64,000 nucleotides of DNA from Coriobacteriales bacterium (GTDB taxonomy: Bacteria; Actinomycetota; Coriobacteriia; Coriobacteriales; UBA8131). The notes below the pieces were generated by a model. That model worked only from the letters and a program-made list of their open reading frames with translations. It ran no database searches and was not told the DNA's origin. A program made the position numbers and the translations under genes. Below are positions 57,804 to 64,000 of this stretch, one piece after another. Where the stretch lies: NCBI GenBank assembly GCA_031277035.1, contig JAISLY010000060.1, forward strand, positions 21,012 to 85,011, written 5' to 3'. Within the stretch, counting starts at the first letter, position 1. Each line of letters starts with the position of its first letter.

Positions 57804-60562
57804 GCGGAAACCAGCAATCGGGCCTGTTCAAGCGCCGTATCGATACCTGCGGCGTCCTGACCGCCAGCCTGTGCCATACCCGGTTTGCCGCCGCCGCCGC
57901 CTTTGATGAGTGGAGCAATCTGTTTGATCAGAGCGCCGGCATCAAAGCCCTTCTCAACAGCGGCCTGCGTACCCGCCGCAAGCAGAAGCGGCCTGCCACT
58001 TTTGCCTGTACCCCCCAAAACCAGAGCGCTCGCGTCGCCGAGGCGCGGGCGCAAGGCATCCCACAGAGTGCGCATGTCCTCAACCTCATTGCCATCCATC
58101 CGCGCAACAACGACCCGGTATCCCACATCAAGCGCCGCTGCCGCCATCTGCTCGATGTCGTCGAGCGCGGCCGCGCGGCGTTGTCGAGCAAGTTCACTTT
58201 CGAGCTCCTGAACACGGGCTTGCAGCGCCTCAACGCGCCCGGCGAGCTCCAAGGGCGCTACTTTGAGCCGCGCGGCCGCGCGCTTCAGCTCTGCCTCCAT
58301 GCGGTTTACGGAGGCCAGGGCGTCAAAGCTGGTCACCGCCTCGATGCGGCGCAGGCTGGAGCCGATGCTCTGCTCGCTGATAATCTTCATGAATCCAATC
58401 TGCGCGGTGTGGGTGACATGCGTTCCACCGCACAGCTCACGGGAGGCAGGTCCGGCCTCAAGCACCCGCACCGTCTCCCCATACTTCTCACCAAAAAGCG
58501 CGGTCACGCCGTCGGCGCGGGCCTCGTCGAGCGAGGTCTCGTGGGCAGAAACGAGGGAGTCTTCCATGATGAGGATGTTCACAAGCTCCTCAACCTGGGA
58601 AAGCTGCTCGGACGTGAGGGCCTCAAAGTGTGTGAAATCGAAACGTAGACGATCCGGGGCAACAAGCGAGCCGGCCTGCTTTACATGCTCGCCCAGTATC
58701 TCGCGCAGCGCATGGTGCAGCAGATGGGTGCCCGTGTGGTTGCGCTCAATGCGCTCGCGCCGCATCGTGTCGATACGCGCGCGCACCACGTCGCCGACCG
58801 CCAGGGTTCCGTCGATGCGGCCGATGTGGGCATAGATTGCCTTCTCGTGAACCTGCGTATCCTCGACGGTAAAGACGTCCCCACTCGACGTCACCAACTC
58901 GCCGGTGTCGCCCACCTGCCCCCCCATCTCTCCGTAGAAGGGGGTGCGATCTAAGACGACCTGAGCCTGTTGGCCGTCGCTGATGCGCTCGATGGCAACG
59001 ACGCGCCGCTCGCCCGTGCCCGTGCCTTTACCCTTGCCCTTGCCGTCGCCTGGGCCCTTGCCGTCGCCTGCGCCCTTGCCGTCGCCTGCGCCCGCCCGAC
59101 GCGAACGCTTGCTCTCGTCACGCCCGTCCTGCTCCTCAACGATAATCGCAAGAACTCGCGCCTCGGGCAGTTCGGTATGCGCATAACCCTCAAAGCGCGT
59201 CGCGCCCTTCTCGCGCAGGATGTCAGAGAAAATCGAGCCAATCGTTGCCCAGGCATCATCCTTCAGTGCGCCACGTGCCCGTTCGCGCTGCGTGCGCATA
59301 TGAGCCTCAAAGCCCTCGCGATCGACCGCAACGCCCTGCTCGGCGGCAATCTCAATCGTCAAATCGAGGGGAAAACCATATCGGTCATGCAGCTCAAAGG
59401 CGATGTTGCCGGCCAGGACGGGAGAAGTCTCGGGCGCCAGGGAGGCAAGATGGTCGTCGAGGTAGGCCTGGCCCGTGCGGATGGTGGCCGCAAAACGCTC
59501 CTCCTCAGCACGGACGATACGCTCGATAAGCACCCTGTTCTCTCTGAGCTCAGGGTAGGGGCCGCTCATCTCCTCGATAACAGCCTGCACATACTCGCCA
59601 AGGAAGGGTGGCTCGATGCCGAGCAGTTGGCCGTGACGCACGGCTCGTCTGAGCAGGCGACGCAGCACATAGCCCCGCCCCTCGTTGGCGGGCAGGATGC
59701 CATCGGCAATCATGAAGGTGACTGCTCGGGAGTGATCGGCGCAAATCCGCAGGCTCAGATCATCCGAATCCCGAGAGCCGTAGGTCTTTTTGCTCAGACG
59801 CTCACCGATGGTAATCAGGCCACGGAGGATGTCGGTCTCATAATTGGAAGGCACGTTCTGGAGCAGAGCCGCGGTGCGCTCAAGGCCCATGCCGGTGTCG
59901 ATGTTCTTCTTGGGAAGCGGCACGAGCGTCCCGTCCTCCTGCCGATCGTACTGGGTAAAGACAAGGTTCCAGTACTCGAGAAAGCGGTCGCAGTCGCAAC
60001 CGGGGCCGCAGTCGGGCCGGTCGCAGCCAAAGGCGGGGCCCTGGTCGTAATACAGCTCGGAGCTCGGCCCGCAGGGGCCCGTGGGGCCGGCGACCCAGAA
60101 ATTATCCTCGGCACCAAGGCGGCTGATGTGGCTCTCTGGCACGCCAAGCGACTTCCATATCTCAAAGGTCTCGTCATCGTCCAGATAGATGGTGAAGTAG
60201 AGTAGTTCGGGGTCAAAGCCAAGCACCTCGGTGGAAAACTCATAGGCCCAGGCACACATCTCCTGCTTAAAATAGGCCCCGAAGGAGAAGTTGCCCAACA
60301 TCTCAAAGAAGCTCAGATGACGCCCCGTGCTGCCGATGATGTCGATGTCGGTGGTGCGGACGCATTTCTGAACGGTCGTCGTGCCGATAAAGGGGGGTTC
60401 AAGCTGGCGTTGCTGGAGAAACCAGGGCTTGAATTGAACCATACCGGCACTGGTCAGAAGCATTGAGGGGTCATCTGGCACCAGCGAGGAGGAGGGCTGG
60501 CGCTTGCAGCCCTTCTGCTCAAAGAAGGCAAGGTACTTCTCACGAAGCTCTGCGCTTTTCAC
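57800..60562 (-). CDS. alaS: Alanine--tRNA ligase
   Basis: AGMVQFK, HLSFFEMLGNFSFG, IDTGMGLER, HTGTH, ELCGGTH, and GGGG tail. Confidence 0.97.
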   Translation of the reverse strand: MKSAELREKYLAFFEQKGCKRQPSSSLVPDDPSMLLTSAGMVQFKPWFLQQRQLEPPFIGTTTVQKCVRTTDIDIIGSTGRHLSFFEMLGNFSFGAYFKQEMCAWAYEFSTEVLGFDPELLYFTIYLDDDETFEIWKSLGVPESHISRLGAEDNFWVAGPTGPCGPSSELYYDQGPAFGCDRPDCGPGCDCDRFLEYWNLVFTQYDRQEDGTLVPLPKKNIDTGMGLERTAALLQNVPSNYETDILRGLITIGERLSKKTYGSRDSDDLSLRICADHSRAVTFMIADGILPANEGRGYVLRRLLRRAVRHGQLLGIEPPFLGEYVQAVIEEMSGPYPELRENRVLIERIVRAEEERFAATIRTGQAYLDDHLASLAPETSPVLAGNIAFELHDRYGFPLDLTIEIAAEQGVAVDREGFEAHMRTQRERARGALKDDAWATIGSIFSDILREKGATRFEGYAHTELPEARVLAIIVEEQDGRDESKRSRRAGAGDGKGAGDGKGPGDGKGKGKGTGTGERRVVAIERISDGQQAQVVLDRTPFYGEMGGQVGDTGELVTSSGDVFTVEDTQVHEKAIYAHIGRIDGTLAVGDVVRARIDTMRRERIERNHTGTHLLHHALREILGEHVKQAGSLVAPDRLRFDFTHFEALTSEQLSQVEELVNILIMEDSLVSAHETSLDEARADGVTALFGEKYGETVRVLEAGPASRELCGGTHVTHTAQIGFMKIISEQSIGSSLRRIEAVTSFDALASVNRMEAELKRAAARLKVAPLELAGRVEALQARVQELESELARQRRAAALDDIEQMAAAALDVGYRVVVARMDGNEVEDMRTLWDALRPRLGDASALVLGGTGKSGRPLLLAAGTQAAVEKGFDAGALIKQIAPLIKGGGGGKPGMAQAGGQDAAGIDTALEQARLLVSA

Positions 60563-61860
60563 TCTCTTCCATCCCCCTCATCCAACAGATCCTTCTCGGT
60601 CAGTACCGCACCGGTGGCATCGGCCACTGGGTCAAAGGTGTCTTCTGCGTCGACGCCCGTGCCCGTGTCGGCACCCTTCGCATCCGCGTTCTCTCCCTTC
60701 GCCTTTTTGCCCCGTTCCCGGTTGCTGCGAAACAGCGCGCCGTTCTCCGAGACAAGCCTGCGGCCCGTATGCCGCTCAAAGTAATAGACAAAGACACTCT
60801 TGGCGGTTGCAAGGAGCGGTATGGCGGCAACCAGGCCGAGGACGCCGCCGAGGGCACCGCCTGTGAAGATGCCGACCAGCACGATGGCCGGATGAAGCTC
60901 GACGACGGCCGACATGACGCGCGGCGTAACGAAGTTATCGACAAGCTGCTGCGCGACGAGGATGGTCATGATGGCAAGCAGGGCGGCCAGCGGAGAGACA
61001 AACAGGCCAAAAAGGCCGCAGGTAGCCGCAGCGACCCAGGGCCCAACGATGGGAATGAAGTTCATCAGTCCGACAAACAGGCCCAAAATGGCCGGGTACG
61101 GAAGGCCAATCAACGAAAAGGAAATACCGGAGATAAGGCCCGAACAGGTGCCCTGCACAAGGATGCCGCGCAGATAGCCGCCAACGGAGCGGGCGAAGGT
61201 CGAGGAGATGAAGAGCACGTCCTCCTCAAAACGAGGCCCGATGATGACGCGCAACTCATGTCCGATGCGCGGCAGGTCCTTCAGCACCCAAAAGCCGACA
61301 ACGAGGGCAACGAATGTTCCGATAAGAGCCGCGACCATGCCCGTCCCGATGGTGATGAACTGCGAGGCCGATTCTCGCATCATGTTGACCGCCCAGGAGG
61401 AGAGCGTTCCGCCCAGCGAGGAGACGATCTGCTGGACGTTGCTGTCCTCAAGCAGGTATTGATACTGAGCATAGAACTGCTGCCACCACACGCCAGCCTG
61501 ATTGATATAGCCCGGGATTAGACTGAGGAGACCCATCAGCTGCTTCCAGATGACGGGGATGAACACCAGAATAAGAACGCCGATAATCAGGAACATGCCC
61601 GCATAGGCAATGAGGGTACCTGCCCAACGGGGCACGCGATGGCGTGCGAGCCAGGCAACGGGGGTGCGCAAAATGAAGATAACCAGGGCGGCAATGAGAA
61701 CGATGGCAATGGCGGGCAGGACGGAGCCCAGCACATAGCCCACCGCCACGAGCAGCGCGACGATGCCGATAATCGACCAGACGACCGCGAAGAGCCACTT
61801 GGCCCGCTCAAGGCGATCGGAGGCTTCAGAGGGGGATCGTTGGGATCTTGGTTTCGGCAT
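60559..61860 (-). CDS. AI-2E family transporter (PerM-like)
   Basis: Multiple TM helices; NFIPIVGP, QQLVDNFVTPRVM, and LHP..GG.LGG.LG..AIP. Start uncertain. Confidence 0.88.
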   Translation of the reverse strand: MPKPRSQRSPSEASDRLERAKWLFAVVWSIIGIVALLVAVGYVLGSVLPAIAIVLIAALVIFILRTPVAWLARHRVPRWAGTLIAYAGMFLIIGVLILVFIPVIWKQLMGLLSLIPGYINQAGVWWQQFYAQYQYLLEDSNVQQIVSSLGGTLSSWAVNMMRESASQFITIGTGMVAALIGTFVALVVGFWVLKDLPRIGHELRVIIGPRFEEDVLFISSTFARSVGGYLRGILVQGTCSGLISGISFSLIGLPYPAILGLFVGLMNFIPIVGPWVAAATCGLFGLFVSPLAALLAIMTILVAQQLVDNFVTPRVMSAVVELHPAIVLVGIFTGGALGGVLGLVAAIPLLATAKSVFVYYFERHTGRRLVSENGALFRSNRERGKKAKGENADAKGADTGTGVDAEDTFDPVADATGAVLTEKDLLDEGDGRE

Positions 61861-62560
61861 CGGGCTCCACGACATCGGAATCGTCCAGGTCGGGTACCTG
61901 GTCTGTGGCGGGGGTCTGAGAGACGGGCGGGGTTTGAGAGGTGGGCGGGATTTGAGAGGTGGGCGAAGGGGACGGAGATGGGGCCGGGGCCGGGGACGAG
62001 GCAGGGGCCGGGACAGGGGTCGGCTCATCTGGAATGGGGGCCTGGTCGGGGGCAGAAGCCGGGGGGACAGGAGCGGACGAGGCGTCTGGCGTGGGGGCAG
62101 GCGCAGGCGTGGGGGCGGGCGCAGGCGCAGGAGCGGGCGGAATGGTCTTCTGTATCGCCTTGTCTGCCTTACGGTCAGCAAAGAGGCTTCTGACCTTATC
62201 GGTCGCGCTGGTCAGCAGATTCAGCGGGGCATCGGTGATGTCGGAGACCTTTTTCACGGCACCGGAGGCGATGTTCGTGACATCCGAGACATCCGCAAGT
62301 ATCTGATCAGCACGCATGATCTCAAGATTTACCGCATCGACGGTCAGGGAGACGCGTTCCATGAGCGGATCGACGCGTTTGAAGGCGGGCTCCAGGGTAT
62401 CGAGGCTGTTGTTCACGCGCTCAACGGTGGGCTCAAGGTCGTCGATAGTCTTGCGAACCCTGCGAATGGTACGGATGACCTCAATCCCGACGATGATCAG
62501 GACGACGACGAGCACCGCCGTGGCACCGATCAGTATCTCTCTCAGCAACTCTTCGGTCAT
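61826..62560 (-). CDS. DUF948-like membrane-anchored coiled-coil protein with a Pro-rich tail
   Basis: N-terminal TM helix, heptad region (RVSLTVDAVNLEIMRADQIL), and GGGGAGG RBS. Confidence 0.7.
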   Translation of the reverse strand: MTEELLREILIGATAVLVVVLIIVGIEVIRTIRRVRKTIDDLEPTVERVNNSLDTLEPAFKRVDPLMERVSLTVDAVNLEIMRADQILADVSDVTNIASGAVKKVSDITDAPLNLLTSATDKVRSLFADRKADKAIQKTIPPAPAPAPAPTPAPAPTPDASSAPVPPASAPDQAPIPDEPTPVPAPASSPAPAPSPSPSPTSQIPPTSQTPPVSQTPATDQVPDLDDSDVVEPDAETKIPTIPL

Positions 62561-62634
62561 GATGGCAAGCCTCCCCGTTCGATTCGCGTCCGTCGCACGA
62601 CGCACAGTGTGAATGATAGCAGAGTACGGCCCTC

Positions 62635-64000
62635 TTAGCCCGCAGCTCCGTCCAAATTCGGATCGGAGGTGGGCTTGGAGCTGAGGTTGGGACTGGGATT
62701 GGGGCTGGAATCGGAGTCGGGGGCGGGGTCGGGGGCGGGGTCGGAGTCGGAGTCGGAGTCGGGAGCGGAGTCTGGCTGGAAGCCGGGATTGGAGTTTGAG
62801 CTGGGGCTGGCATCGGGGGTGGGGGTCAAAGCGGGCCTGTCGCGTTGGACGGCCTCGACGCGCCAGGCCTCCCAACCGCGTTCGCCGGGCGCATAAAAGC
62901 TCCCACGCTGAAGGCCATCGGGCAGATAGTGCTGCTCCACATAGCCACGCGCGTCGAGATGCGGATAGTGATACTTCCCATAGCCCTCTGAGCCGGGACG
63001 ATGGCGGTCGCGCAGATGATTGGGGACCGCGCGAAGAGGGCCTGAGCGCACTTCGCCCAGTGCGGCAAAGATGGCATTCGTCGCAGAGTTTGACTTGGGC
63101 GCAAGCGCCAGGTAGATGGCCGCCTGGGCGAAGTTCAACTGACATTCAGGGTATCCGATACTTTCCGCCGCCTTGAAGGCAGCCTGTGCGATGAGCAGGG
63201 CCTGTGGGTCGGCGTTGCCAACGTCTTCACTCGCAAAGATGAGCATTCGCCGCGCGATGAACCGGGGATCCTCTCCGCCTTCAATCATGCGCGCCAACCA
63301 GTACACGGCCGCGTCCGGATCCGACCCGCGCATGCTCTTGATGAAGGCGGAAATCACATCGTAATGGACATCGCCTTTCTTGTCGTAGGGCAGGGCGCGG
63401 CGGGGCGTGGCGCCAAGCACATCGTCGAGGGTGATGACCGCGAGCGGCAAAACGCCGGGGGCGTGTGCCAGGCTCTCGTCGGGGGCGTGTGACAAGGCGC
63501 TGGTGGCAAGCTCGGCGGCAAGCTCCAGAGTCGTCAGCGCTGACCGGGCGTCCCCTCCTGCCATGTTGATGATGGCCGCACGCGCCTCATCGGTAAGCTC
63601 GCAGACGCCCGCCAGTCCCCGCTCGTCAGAAAGGGCGCGGTCAAGGACAAGGGAGACGTCCTCGTCGGTAAGCGTCTTGAACTCGATGACGCGGGAACGC
63701 GAGATCAGGGCGCTGTTTACCTCGAAAAAAGGGTTTTCTGTCGTGGCGCCGATGAGAATGACAATGCGATCCTCAACCGCGTGCAGCAGCGCGTCTTGCT
63801 GTGAACGTGAGAAGCGGTGTATCTCATCGACAAAAAGGATGGTGCGCTGTTCCTGGAGCGTGAGGTTTCGTTTGGCCTCTTCGATAACGCGGCGCAGGTC
63901 GCTTACGCCGCCGGAGATTGCACTGACCTCGGTGAAGTTCGCCCTGGTCATGCCGGCGATGATGCGTGCAAGCGTGGTCTTTCCGGTACCAGCCGGACCG
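62635..64000 (-). CDS. rarA: Replication-associated recombination protein RarA/MgsA (5' end outside the window)
   Basis: GPAGTGKTT at the window edge, FVDEIHRF, GATTENP, SAFIKSMRGSD, and SEDVGNADP. Confidence 0.95.
   Translation of the reverse strand, partial: GPAGTGKTTLARIIAGMTRANFTEVSAISGGVSDLRRVIEEAKRNLTLQEQRTILFVDEIHRFSRSQQDALLHAVEDRIVILIGATTENPFFEVNSALISRSRVIEFKTLTDEDVSLVLDRALSDERGLAGVCELTDEARAAIINMAGGDARSALTTLELAAELATSALSHAPDESLAHAPGVLPLAVITLDDVLGATPRRALPYDKKGDVHYDVISAFIKSMRGSDPDAAVYWLARMIEGGEDPRFIARRMLIFASEDVGNADPQALLIAQAAFKAAESIGYPECQLNFAQAAIYLALAPKSNSATNAIFAALGEVRSGPLRAVPNHLRDRHRPGSEGYGKYHYPHLDARGYVEQHYLPDGLQRGSFYAPGERGWEAWRVEAVQRDRPALTPTPDASPSSNSNPGFQPDSAPDSDSDSDPAPDPAPDSDSSPNPSPNLSSKPTSDPNLDGAAG

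Overview
High-GC bacterial chromosome segment. The gene content and protein style fit Coriobacteriia (Eggerthellaceae-like); this is an inference, not a database match. In order, the window holds: an ECF sigma/anti-sigma pair; a BcrA-like ABC exporter; an AAA_14/DUF4143 ATPase; mutY, an Old-Yellow-Enzyme flavin oxidoreductase and nth; a five-gene nickel/peptide ABC importer preceded by a NikR-type palindrome; a thioredoxin-like [2Fe-2S] ferredoxin; the dnaK-grpE-dnaJ-hspR-clpB heat-shock operon; a monoderm Tad/Flp pilus locus; a molybdopterin oxidoreductase cluster with small Cys-rich proteins and an MFS transporter; trxA-nikR-hypFCDE; htpG with a corrinoid protein, its ASKHA activator and DUF2284; and HAD, alaS, AI-2E, DUF948 and rarA. 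I found no tRNA, rRNA, canonical CRISPR array or transposase. The most unusual signals lie below gene level: (i) a palindromic REP/REPIN-like element translated in frame inside two transporter ORFs; (ii) a 37-bp duplication enclosing a foreign-looking 34-bp insert at the hypD/hypE junction, with CRISPR-like dimensions; (iii) pervasive tandem-repeat insertions in conserved proteins and intergenic spacers; (iv) a 35-bp repeat array upstream of a HEPN-like gene; (v) orphan structured-RNA candidates.
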